A stretch of DNA of 63,901 bases from NCBI GenBank assembly GCA_963662265.2, contig CAXXHA010000017.1, positions 1-63,901 on the forward strand, given 5' to 3'. The notes under the pieces are model-generated. The model was not told where the DNA came from and did no database searches. It saw only the letters and a list, made by a program, of their open reading frames with translations. Numbering within the stretch: position 1 is the first letter of the stretch; each line of letters starts with the position of its first letter. The DNA comes from Spirochaetia bacterium (GTDB lineage: Bacteria > Spirochaetota > Spirochaetia > CADAEX01). Positions 11,024 to 20,114 of this stretch are shown here, piece by piece. The position numbers were made by a program, and so were the translations under genes.

Positions 11024-11964
11024 TACTGTATAATCCCTTTTGTAAAAAGGATATCGCCAAATTTATCATAAAATGCTGCTACTGTTTCTGAAGGTGACAG
11101 TGTTAACTCACAAAACCCGTATTCACTGGAAGCATATTCAGAATAAGGCCCTGGTGTTATGTTGCGGCTCTTGGATGCAGATCCCGATACAATAAAGAGT
11201 TCAGTAATGCCATCTCCATTTCTGTCACGTCCCTGAAGTTCAAGATCATGATCATGTCCTGACACTGTTATATCAATAAGACCGGCAGAAAAAAGAGGTG
11301 TGAACAGTCGCAACATATCTTCATCATCCCCATGCTCTCCACTGCTGTAAAAAGGATAGTGGGTAGCCAATATATTAAGATCAGCATGCCGAGAAGTAAT
11401 GTTTTCAGAAACCCATTCAAAAATTATTTTACTATAACTTGATTCGCTAATATATTTTGAATCAAGAAAATAAATATCAACAGATCTGTTATCAGAAAAA
11501 GATAATAGCTGAAGGTAAGCAGGGGATGGAGCTATCCATCTCCCATCAGGATCTTTATAGTTATACTGTGCCAGAGCATTCCCATAATAGTCATGATTCC
11601 CCAAAACAACATAGAAAGGAAAGCTAAAATCAGAAACAGGATACATATAACGGAATTTTGTATCAAACTGCGGATCACTAACAGACCTTACACCCATTTC
11701 ATAGAAGTTATCACCGAGCATTATTGCAAAATCAAAGGGGTTAATAGAATGGCGTAATGCCATACCTCTTGATACATCACTTTGAATTTCTGTGCCGGAT
11801 CCCGAGTCTCCAAAAAGCAGAATTCTCGCAGAGTCACCTGAAAATGTTTTTTCAGGAAGAACATAATAATCAAATAAAGGCAGTTCAATGGTCTCTAATG
11901 AACACCCGATTGATATAAATAGCAATAGAATTGCGAAGACAGATATCCCATAATACTTACTCAT
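11023..11964 (-). CDS. Secreted or lipoprotein metallophosphoesterase (purple acid phosphatase-like)
   Basis: GDSG, GDNFY, GNHD, HYP and GHDH motifs; lipobox-like SIGC. Confidence 0.88.
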   Translation of the reverse strand: MSKYYGISVFAILLLFISIGCSLETIELPLFDYYVLPEKTFSGDSARILLFGDSGSGTEIQSDVSRGMALRHSINPFDFAIMLGDNFYEMGVRSVSDPQFDTKFRYMYPVSDFSFPFYVVLGNHDYYGNALAQYNYKDPDGRWIAPSPAYLQLLSFSDNRSVDIYFLDSKYISESSYSKIIFEWVSENITSRHADLNILATHYPFYSSGEHGDDEDMLRLFTPLFSAGLIDITVSGHDHDLELQGRDRNGDGITELFIVSGSASKSRNITPGPYSEYASSEYGFCELTLSPSETVAAFYDKFGDILFTKGIIQ

Positions 11965-12055
11965 TACACCTACTCCCTGATAAGATTCAATTAGAAGTAT
12001 AACAAGGTGTGATTATTGCAAGATTATCAAAACATTACAGTTTGATTACAATATA

Positions 12056-12071
12056 ATTACCAATCAGTAAT
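12056..12071. promoter_or_regulatory. ATTAC-N6-GTAAT palindrome, candidate response-regulator box
   Basis: Perfect inverted repeat preceded by ATTAC copies at 11-nt spacing; similar ATTAT-N6-GTAAT at 15019-15034. Confidence 0.4.
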
Positions 12072-12075
12072 ATTT

Positions 12076-13487
12076 TTAATGAGAAGGCAGAGTAATTTTA
12101 AACGTTGTGCCTTTATGAAGTGAACTTTCAACACTGATTATTCCGGAATGCTGTTTTACTATTGCATTCACCATACTCAAGCCGAGACCTATACCGGGTA
12201 TGGAAGAGCTTTCATGGCAACGGTAAAATCTCTTGAAAACATCTTTGATCTTATCTTCGGGAATACCAATACCTGTATCGGATATCCTGACTATAATATC
12301 TGTTTCATTTTTCCCCAGAAATATGCTGATAGAACTGTTCTCCTGTGAATACTTTATTGCGTTATCGAGAAGGTTAGAAATCATTCTCTGTATACTTTTA
12401 TATTCTCCATGAAAATGACAGCTTTCAGGAATTGAAAGATTTATTACAATTCCCTTTTCTTCGGCAACTGGTGAAAAAAGCTCACAGGCTGTTTCAACAA
12501 CTTCACTTAAATCTATTTCTTCTTTTGATATTTTTAAAATTCCGGCATCCGCCTTTGATATATACAGCATCGAATTGATAATCTCCAGAAGATTGTCACT
12601 CTCTTCAATTGTATCAGACGCAAGGTTTTCATAATCCTCAAGTGTTGAATAACGCCCCATCAGAGTTACTTCTGCAAGACCGCGGATCCTCGTTATTGGA
12701 GTTTTCAGATCATGAGCTATATTATCATTTATCTCTTTCAATTCAGTCACCAGCATCTGAATGCTGTTAAGCATTGAATTAAATGTTTCAGCAAGTCTTT
12801 CGATTTCCCTGTACCTGGTTTTTATTTCAACTCTTCTTTCAAGAATGCCGCTTTGCGATATTTCAGCTGCAGTTTTAGTTACCTCATCGACTCCCCGCAG
12901 CGCACGGCGTGTAATAAACATAGCTATATATGCAGTAAAAAAAAAACAATTATAACAACAAGAAGCAGATAAGTGTTTCTAATCAGGGAGAGAAATAAAC
13001 TAATCTTCTCCATAATAAGACCAATCTGAATTATATATCCAGAACCGAGATGTGCATAAATCGTAATAATCTTATATCTCTTTTCCGGGAGTGTAAAATA
13101 GGATATCTCGTATGATCCTTTTTTCTCTGAAGATAATTTCCTGATAAGATCTTCATCAATTTCAAGATGATCCCATTCATCAACATCAGATTCTGCAAGC
13201 AATTTGGCATCTGAAGAAAAAATTCTGAAAAATGAGTTTTCTGTGCCGTACTCATAAGCTTCATAATGGATTTCCTTATAAAGTTTTTCAATTCCCTCTT
13301 CTTCAAGGACCATCACAAGTTCTTCAGCATCCTCTATGAGGTTCGTTTTTATTTCATTATCAAGATTGACTTTTATTATTATATATAATCCCAGAAAAAC
13401 AATGAATGATGAAATAATATAAACAAGCGCATAGAGAAAAGCCGTATTTGTGGAGAGGGATTTTTTAGCATTATTTCTTGAGAACAT
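12076..13487 (-). CDS. Sensor histidine kinase (CusS-like), frameshifted at the A10/T10 tract 12937-12946
   Basis: 12924-13487 is TM plus periplasmic domain; 12076-12921 is HAMP-HisKA (AHDLKTP)-HATPase. Confidence 0.85.
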
Positions 13488-14142
13488 AACCTACTCCCCG
13501 TATAGTATGTATAAGGGACTTCTCAAATCCCTTATCGATTTTTTCCCTGAGCTTGCATATACGGGATTCAACAATATTTGTTTCAGGATCAAAATTGTAA
13601 TTCCATACATGCTCAATAATCATTGTTCTGGAGACAACCCTTTCCGAGTTTCTCATCAGAAACTCCAGTAATGTATATTCACGGGGCTGAAGTTCAATTT
13701 CCCTGTTCCCCCTGTGAACTGTATGGTTTAACAGATTGATTTTAAGATCTTCATAAACCAGACTTGTTGGATCTGCGATCCGGTTTGCCCTCCTGAGCAG
13801 GGCCTGAATCCTGGCATGCAGCTCTGAAAAAGCAAACGGCTTTGTAAGATAATCATCACTTCCTGTCTCAAGCCCCTTTATCCTGTCTTCAACAGAGCCT
13901 TTCGCGCTTAAAATAAGTACCGGAAGGTTATTATTCTCTATTCTCAATTCCCTGATTACTGAAAGCCCGTCAATACCGGGGAGAGTAATATCAATTACAG
14001 CGATATCATAGTTGTTGCTTCTGGCAAGGGATAGCCCTTCTTCCCCTGTAGATGAATGTTCAACACTGAAACCGGCTTCGTTGAGTCCTTTTTTTATGAA
14101 ATTCGCAATCTTTACATCATCTTCAATAATCAGTATTTTCAT
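13471..14142 (-). CDS. OmpR/CusR-family response regulator
   Basis: REC (MKILIIEDD...KPF) plus winged helix (IHTIRGVGY); likely start at MKILII. Confidence 0.92.
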   Translation of the reverse strand: MKILIIEDDVKIANFIKKGLNEAGFSVEHSSTGEEGLSLARSNNYDIAVIDITLPGIDGLSVIRELRIENNNLPVLILSAKGSVEDRIKGLETGSDDYLTKPFAFSELHARIQALLRRANRIADPTSLVYEDLKINLLNHTVHRGNREIELQPREYTLLEFLMRNSERVVSRTMIIEHVWNYNFDPETNIVESRICKLREKIDKGFEKSLIHTIRGVGYVLKK

Positions 14143-14256
14143 GTTATTTATTTTAAGGAACCTCAATTTAAATATCAAATATTAAATTATATTGTTTCAA
14201 TCCAATATGATAAAAAACATATAATCTGCTTTTCAAGTAATAATCTGTCTGTTAAT

Positions 14257-14982
14257 TCAATAATTGAATATTATTCCATTCCCGCTGAAAGCCATTTTGG
14301 CTTTGCTCTGTGTATGGAAAAAAAGACCTGAAAAAAGCCCTATTCCCGCACCCATAACAACATCAGATGTCCAGTGCATGTTTTTATATAACCGGGCAAT
14401 ACTTGTTGATACAGGAACAAGATACAGCCACCTGCTGTATTCCTCGGCAAACGGTGTGATTATTGACCATGAAACAAAGGAATGCCATGAAGGAAATGAT
14501 TTCCTGCTGATTGTGTTACCCTCAAAAGCATCTGCAGCATATGTGTCTTCCCCGACATAGGGCCTGAATCTTCCTGAGCTTTCTTTAATAGTTTCAGTTA
14601 TTAAAGCACCGGCCAGAAAGGCTTTTCCGGAATTCAATGCTGTTCTTGTCAGTCTGTCATTGCCTGAGGTAAAACCAATTGCCCAGGAAGTGGCAAGAGC
14701 AGGAAGCATTACAGATGTTTCCCCGAACTCATTGCCAATATTGCTGTATGAGGACATATTTTCCGACTGATTATTTACAAAGTAATCCTGAACGCCCTCA
14801 TCTGAAAGAAATGAAGTACCCATCAATGTACCGAATATAAGCAGATTTCCGGGGCTGAATGTTTTTTTAGCAGCAACTGTGTATGAATTAGGAGTTTCAT
14901 ATTGATCATTGTAAATTATATCCAGTGAATAGGATGATGCAAAATTAAATAGAAATACTAATACAATAAAATAACCCTTCAT
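14257..14982 (-). CDS. PAP2 superfamily phosphatase, variant C2 motif PSWH
   Basis: C1 KESSGRFRP, C2 FPSWH, C3 ARLYKNMHWTSD; signal peptide. Confidence 0.85.
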   Translation of the reverse strand: MKGYFIVLVFLFNFASSYSLDIIYNDQYETPNSYTVAAKKTFSPGNLLIFGTLMGTSFLSDEGVQDYFVNNQSENMSSYSNIGNEFGETSVMLPALATSWAIGFTSGNDRLTRTALNSGKAFLAGALITETIKESSGRFRPYVGEDTYAADAFEGNTISRKSFPSWHSFVSWSIITPFAEEYSRWLYLVPVSTSIARLYKNMHWTSDVVMGAGIGLFSGLFFHTQSKAKMAFSGNGIIFNY

Positions 14983-15048
14983 ACCTTAAACGATAAATAG
15001 CAATAAGATATAAGTCAAATTATCATTTGGTAATGTAACTGGTATCTT

Positions 15049-15792
15049 TCAAAGATTAAAAACTATTCCGTTTCCTGTGAAAATTATATTCTGCTTATTA
15101 TGCCTGTGAAAATAAAGCCCCGATAAGAATCCGATTCCGCCGCCGACGAAAACGTCTGAAAGCCAGTGACGGTCAAGATATATTCTCGCAAAACCGGTTG
15201 AGACAGGAATCAGATACAGCCACCTGCTGTATTCTTCTGCAAAAGGTGTAATTATTGATGATGCGACAAAGGTATGCCAGGAAGGGCATGATTTTGATCC
15301 AATGTCATATCCCTCAAACATTTCAAATGAAAAACTGCTGTTCTGAGCAACTGTCGGACGTTTTCTCCCTGTTACAGCTTTTAGTGTTTCAACAGCAACA
15401 GAACCTGCAAGAAATGATTTAGCTGAATCAATTGTTGTATCGGTAAGTCTCTGATTACCTGTAACAAGTCCCAGTGCAAAAACACCGGCAAGGGAAGGCA
15501 GCATGACACTTGTTTCGCCGAAATTATTGACAGTTTCAGTGAACCCGTCAAAATCATCCCTTCTTATCAGATGAGTGTGTACTTCAACATTCTGATCAAG
15601 CAGGCAGCAGGATGCAGTAATCCCGACAAAAAGAAATATATTCCTGAAATTAAAAACTTCTTTACCTGCATCATGATTTACCTGGTTATCAGATTCTTCC
15701 CTGACCAGGTCTTTGTCTTTAATCGTGATATCCTGGGAATATATATTATTAATCATGAAAACAAGCAGGAAAATCAAAAAGATTTGCTTCAT
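15049..15792 (-). CDS. PAP2 superfamily phosphatase paralog, variant C2 motif PSWH
   Basis: C1 KAVTGRKRP, C2 CPSWH, C3 ARIYLDRHWLSD; signal peptide. Confidence 0.85.
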   Translation of the reverse strand: MKQIFLIFLLVFMINNIYSQDITIKDKDLVREESDNQVNHDAGKEVFNFRNIFLFVGITASCCLLDQNVEVHTHLIRRDDFDGFTETVNNFGETSVMLPSLAGVFALGLVTGNQRLTDTTIDSAKSFLAGSVAVETLKAVTGRKRPTVAQNSSFSFEMFEGYDIGSKSCPSWHTFVASSIITPFAEEYSRWLYLIPVSTGFARIYLDRHWLSDVFVGGGIGFLSGLYFHRHNKQNIIFTGNGIVFNL

Positions 15793-15834
15793 ATAATATT
15801 TATAGTTTAAAAAAAATTATTTGCAATTATTTTC

Positions 15835-15873
15835 TATCCTGTAAAATACTGTATCCTGTAAAATACTGTATCC
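15835..15873. repeat. 17-bp tandem repeat x2.3
   Basis: TATCCTGTAAAATACTG twice, then TATCC. Confidence 0.85.
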
Positions 15874-15990
15874 AGCAATTCTACATCATCAGGTAAAAGG
15901 TGAAAATATTTCTAAAAACAGATAAGCAGGATGCCCCTCAGAAACATGGAGAATCCAATCAGGACAATACAATAATACAGGCTTCAGATA

Positions 15991-16071
15991 TTACGAAAAT
16001 AAAGAACTTGATATAGGAAATAAATCCTACCAGTGAGAAGTCTTTATATTTCAGCTGTAGTTTTTCAGTAT
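15991..16071 (+). repeat. Direct repeat copy 2 (degenerate GNAT 3' end)
   Basis: Matches 10208-10289; CAG GGA GAA has become CAG TGA GAA. Confidence 0.85.
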
Positions 16072-16209
16072 ATCCATATGTTAAATATGTGCTGTTATAC
16101 TGATAAGAAAACATGGAAGACTTGCGGGATATGCATTAGTTGAATTATAATTACAAATAATTTTATAAGTAATTTTTATAACTAATTTTATTCATGGAGG
16201 ATCTTTTAA

Positions 16210-16386
16210 ATGAATAAACGTATTGGTGAACATTTTATCGGCTTAAACCGGCTCTCGTTTGAACAGTGTGAAAAAGTGTTACAATATCAGAAAAATAATC
16301 CTCATATGAAATTCGGTGAAATATCTGTAGAACTCGGATATTTGGAACAAGATGAAGTAAATAAATATATAAACACTGTCAAATAA
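16210..16386 (+). CDS. 58-aa stand-alone MshEN-like (putative c-di-GMP-binding) protein
   Basis: Not in ORF track. GGAGG RBS; MNKRIGEHFIGLNRLSFEQCEKVLQYQKNNPHMKFGEISVELGYLEQDEVNKYINTVK. Confidence 0.7.
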   Translation: MNKRIGEHFIGLNRLSFEQCEKVLQYQKNNPHMKFGEISVELGYLEQDEVNKYINTVK

Positions 16387-16405
16387 AAATTATTGATATT
16401 AAAAA

Positions 16406-16900
16406 ATGGGCAATACTGAATACCCTGAAGCAGTTCAAAATTTACTCGATTCTTTATGCGAAATGGAAAAAATCTATGATATTTCTCTTGAAGACAAAGA
16501 TTTTGTCATAGGAAAACAGCAGCTTCTTCATATTTTTAATCATGAGACTCTGCATGCAGTAATTTCAAAACGAGTTCCCTGGATTCATAAGCTTCAGGAA
16601 TCAGAGGAAACATTAGTTGATGAAATTCTGGCTAGAGTCCTGAACCATGATTTAGTTAAAAAAGCTAACCTTCTGGAAAAACTTAAACCCTGGTACATTC
16701 CAGATACAGGGAAAGATGCACGGGATCTTGAAGGTTATGGTATACATGTTACAGAATCCCAATTCAAGGAAATCCTGAAAACCTGGGAAACCCGGTTTGG
16801 AACTGCTGAAACTGTTGAACACATGGCAAAATGGCTGCTGGAAGAACATCGGGCGAATAGAATACTCATTGATTTGAAAGATTCCTTCTCAACATTATAA
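16406..16900 (+). CDS. Hypothetical protein with HExxH motif
   Basis: FNHETLHAV followed by EETLVDE. Confidence 0.6.
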   Translation: MGNTEYPEAVQNLLDSLCEMEKIYDISLEDKDFVIGKQQLLHIFNHETLHAVISKRVPWIHKLQESEETLVDEILARVLNHDLVKKANLLEKLKPWYIPDTGKDARDLEGYGIHVTESQFKEILKTWETRFGTAETVEHMAKWLLEEHRANRILIDLKDSFSTL

Positions 16901-17036
16901 TTATACAGCAAATACTATTCAGTTATACGAATTAAACCTTGCGCTCAGCCGAAAAAAGGTTTATTATTTTTACTCTGATCAAAAAGTCCATTTAAAAGTT
17001 CATCCTAATACTTACAAAAAATCAAATGAGGTAACT

Positions 17037-17231
17037 ATGGGATTAATAACCGGAATAACGCAAATGGATCATTTCTTGATTAATTGTTCCAACTGTAAAG
17101 AGCAAGTCGATATTAAATTTTATCACTGTGAAAAACGGCTATCGTGCTTTGAATACACATGCCGCAAATGCGGAAACTATGGTGTATTAAAGCTTAACAA
17201 ATCAAAAATTGAATTAATCAATACATTCTGA
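17037..17231 (+). CDS. Small CxxC...CxxC zinc-finger protein
   Basis: GAGG RBS; CSNC and CRKC. Confidence 0.6.
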   Translation: MGLITGITQMDHFLINCSNCKEQVDIKFYHCEKRLSCFEYTCRKCGNYGVLKLNKSKIELINTF

Positions 17232-17289
17232 TTTTTTACTTGTTGATATAGTTGCTTTCGGATAACTTTTGTTTTTTAACAATAATAAA

Positions 17290-17605
17290 ACAAGCCATAG
17301 AAAGAATAGTCGTAATCTATCTCTACCCAATAAGATGATTCATTTAAAACTTCGACAGAAAGGGATTCCAATAAACCATAAAATAACTGCGAGAATCTAT
17401 AGAGAACAGGGATTACAGTTAAAAATTATAAGATGAAGAAAGAAAATTGCAGCTAAGGAGAGAAATACTGAAATAATTCAATGTGATAATGGTCCTTAGT
17501 TCAGGAGTCAGGATCTTGATAGATGGTGTTATAAAAACGCTAGTTATTCGAGGACCTGGGAAACCTGTTGATAATTGTCATATAGAAAGTTATAATAATA
17601 CTTTT
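17290..17605 (+). pseudogene. IS3-family transposase (OrfB) remnant
   Basis: Fragments MIHLKLRQKGIPINHKITARIYREQGL, IIQCDNGP*FRSQDLDRWCY and PGKPVDNCHIESYN, with stops and internal deletions. Confidence 0.85.
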
Positions 17606-18070
17606 ATAAATCAACAGAAACTTTTTTTGATTGAAACAGGCTTGAAGTCTTCTTCAAATTCAAGTTTTGAAAAGAAGTGTGAATGGATTGGAAATATAGT
17701 AAATAATGGTTTAGAAGAAAATATTGAAACATCAATTGCAGATAGTCTTATACAAATTATATAACGGTTAAATTATGAACAAATAATTTATCTTTATCAT
17801 TATTCTTATTATCATAATAGATCAAGTGTTGAAAGCGAAAATTACAAATCCAATTTTCCAAAACTGTTTAATGCTTGGATCTACAGAGATAAAGATTATT
17901 ATAAATATCAAGAGCTTGAAAATAAGAAAAAATTATCATTAGTAAATCTTGAAAATAATGGTTTGGTTGTTAAAGCAATACCTTTATCGAACCTTCCAGA
18001 GATTGGTATTAATTCAAAGTATCGTTCCAGTAATATGAATTTTTTACAAAAACAGCCACCAGCAGAATAA
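17606..18070 (+). pseudogene. 5'-truncated gene remnant, weakly Abi-alpha/DUF4393-like
   Basis: Frame continues about 100 codons past TAA at 17762-17764 and contains SLVNLENNGLV. Confidence 0.4.
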
Positions 18071-18120
18071 CCTTCACAAGTCGCTGTTCTTGATCACTGC
18101 TACGAAGATGTTGTTGTTGT

Positions 18121-18219
18121 GAGGAAGTTGCCTCCACCGTTATGCATCCCGAAAGTGCTCCCCCCACGGCCGACAACAGATTTAAAATGGTAAACATCAA
18201 GAAGCTTTCACCTGCCTGA
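18121..18219 (+). repeat. Island backbone repeat, longest copy (segments A, B, B')
   Basis: Pieces recur at 19147-19180, 24230-24250, 25127-25162, 25918-25944 and inverted at 26532-26555. Confidence 0.65.
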
Positions 18220-18382
18220 ATCCCCCATTTTCAACCACGTTATGTTCCCTAGATCCCCAGACAACCCCACAAGAATTGTATATCTACTATAGTTACGATA
18301 TAATTAAAAAAAGAAAGACAACCCGACAAGAAAAGGATTCAGCCGTGTACTGCAGAGTACAGAAAAAAAGAAGGTATAATCT

Positions 18383-19111
18383 ATGAAAACACAATATAAG
18401 ATCTGTTGGATGCTAATATTTATACTCTTAAGCCATTTCCCCTGTTTGGCGCAAGATCATCTGTTTTTTTCACGGCCCCAAAGCCGATCAGGCATGGGGG
18501 TATTAATGGGAGAGCGTATTCTGAAAGAAGTTTATTCAAGACTGGGTATCGACTTTGAATATCGGGAATTACCTATCAAGCGTTGTCTTTTAAAAGCCAT
18601 TGATGGAGACACTGATGGTGTCTCTCTGCGTGGTGCAGGACTTGATCAGGTGTATCCTAATCTCAAAATGATTTCGGTTCCAATAGGATATGCAGATATT
18701 GTAGTTTATTCTAAATATGTAGAATTCGCGGTGGATAGTTGGCAAAGTCTTACCCCGTATTCCATCGGGATTGTGAGAGAGTTCCGAAGGATTAGAGAAA
18801 AGACTAAAGGCATGCAAGTGGAAGCCGTCCCTACTCTCAAACAGGCATTTCTTAAACTCAATGCTGGTAGAACTGATGTCGTTGTAGAAACCAGAAGTTC
18901 TCAATGTGTTCTTAAAAACCTAAATGTGTCTGGCATTAGGATATTGGAGCCGCCTCTGGAAGAGTTTTCAATGTTTCATTATATTCATAAACGCCATACA
19001 GATATAGCTGTTAAAGTGGAAAAGATTTTAAAGCAAATGGAGCAGAACGGAGAGTTAAAAGCTCTGCAGAATCAGGCCATAAAGGATTATATGGAGTTAT
19101 GTGGGCAATAG
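18383..19111 (+). CDS. Stand-alone substrate-binding protein (SBP family 3-like)
   Basis: Signal peptide; ELPIKRCL and AFLKLNAGRTDVVV. Confidence 0.8.
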   Translation: MKTQYKICWMLIFILLSHFPCLAQDHLFFSRPQSRSGMGVLMGERILKEVYSRLGIDFEYRELPIKRCLLKAIDGDTDGVSLRGAGLDQVYPNLKMISVPIGYADIVVYSKYVEFAVDSWQSLTPYSIGIVREFRRIREKTKGMQVEAVPTLKQAFLKLNAGRTDVVVETRSSQCVLKNLNVSGIRILEPPLEEFSMFHYIHKRHTDIAVKVEKILKQMEQNGELKALQNQAIKDYMELCGQ

Positions 19112-19146
19112 TCGAGACAGCCCTTTCTCTCTTGTCGGGACCTTAT

Positions 19147-19233
19147 AAATGGAAACGGCATGAAGCCTTTCCCCGCCCGACCGCTTAGACACCCGCTAAA
19201 TTGATTGAATAAGCAGAGAATTGGGTGTTATCA
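19147..19233 (+). repeat. Island backbone repeat (segments B' and C)
   Basis: 19147-19180 matches 18185-18219; 19190-19233 matches 22343-22384. Confidence 0.65.
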
Positions 19234-20016
19234 AAAAGGGCTATATTTATAACCATATTTTTCAGTAATTATATCAATCTCACCATTCTCCGCCATCTCC
19301 TGCAAAATTAGATCCATTTTTTCAATAACCTCCTCTTTATCAGGGAAGTCTGATACTCTCGAAAAGACTATATGTAAGGATCTTTGTGGAGTAATAGGAT
19401 TATTAATTTTTATAATCTGTCCAGATAATCCTTTATCATTAATTAAGGTCTGAAAACATTGTCCGGGTGCAAAAGTAACATCAATCCTATTTGATAAAAG
19501 CTTTAAAATGTTCTGTTCATAACTTGCAACATTCTGTATTAACAACGATTTTTTTCTTATCTCATTATTCAACTCAGGACCAAAAGACAATCCTCTTAGA
19601 ATGCCAATTTCTTTCCCATATAAATCCTTAATACTATTAAAAGGGAATTCCTTTCCTTTTTTTACAAAAGCATATGTAGTTGACCAGGCAATAGGCGTGT
19701 TCAGGAAAATAAAATGTTCATCACGATCTGCGTCCCTGTATATCCCAAAGGCTATATCAACTTTTCCACTTTCCAAATATGAAAACAGTCTCTTTAAAGG
19801 AAGTGCCCTGAATATTATTTCTACCCCGGCACGTTCTGCTACTATTTTTGTTATATCAATCCAAGCACCAATGTATGTTTCATTTTCTAACCACTTATAT
19901 GGCTTGGCGGTGCTCTCGTTAAATCCCACCATCAATGGCTGAGTATAAACTAAAGCATTTGAGAATAAATTGTAAGTTATCATGATACAACAAAAAATAA
20001 TGGTTTTTATTTTCAT
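19231..20016 (-). CDS. Substrate-binding protein (SBP family 3-like)
   Basis: Signal peptide; LPLKRLFSYLESGKVD and KLLSNRIDV. Confidence 0.8.
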   Translation of the reverse strand: MKIKTIIFCCIMITYNLFSNALVYTQPLMVGFNESTAKPYKWLENETYIGAWIDITKIVAERAGVEIIFRALPLKRLFSYLESGKVDIAFGIYRDADRDEHFIFLNTPIAWSTTYAFVKKGKEFPFNSIKDLYGKEIGILRGLSFGPELNNEIRKKSLLIQNVASYEQNILKLLSNRIDVTFAPGQCFQTLINDKGLSGQIIKINNPITPQRSLHIVFSRVSDFPDKEEVIEKMDLILQEMAENGEIDIITEKYGYKYSPF

Positions 20017-20114
20017 TAATATACTAATAAGATTGATTTTGTCATATTTGAAGACACTGAACTGTTTACCAATTCAGTATCTTCATTATTTTTAATACAA
20101 ACATATATTAATTA

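Noticed and set aside
18080-18220. IS91-like transposase tail (EDVVVVRK...APP)
   Set aside because: Too short and spread across frames; better explained as part of the non-coding repeat
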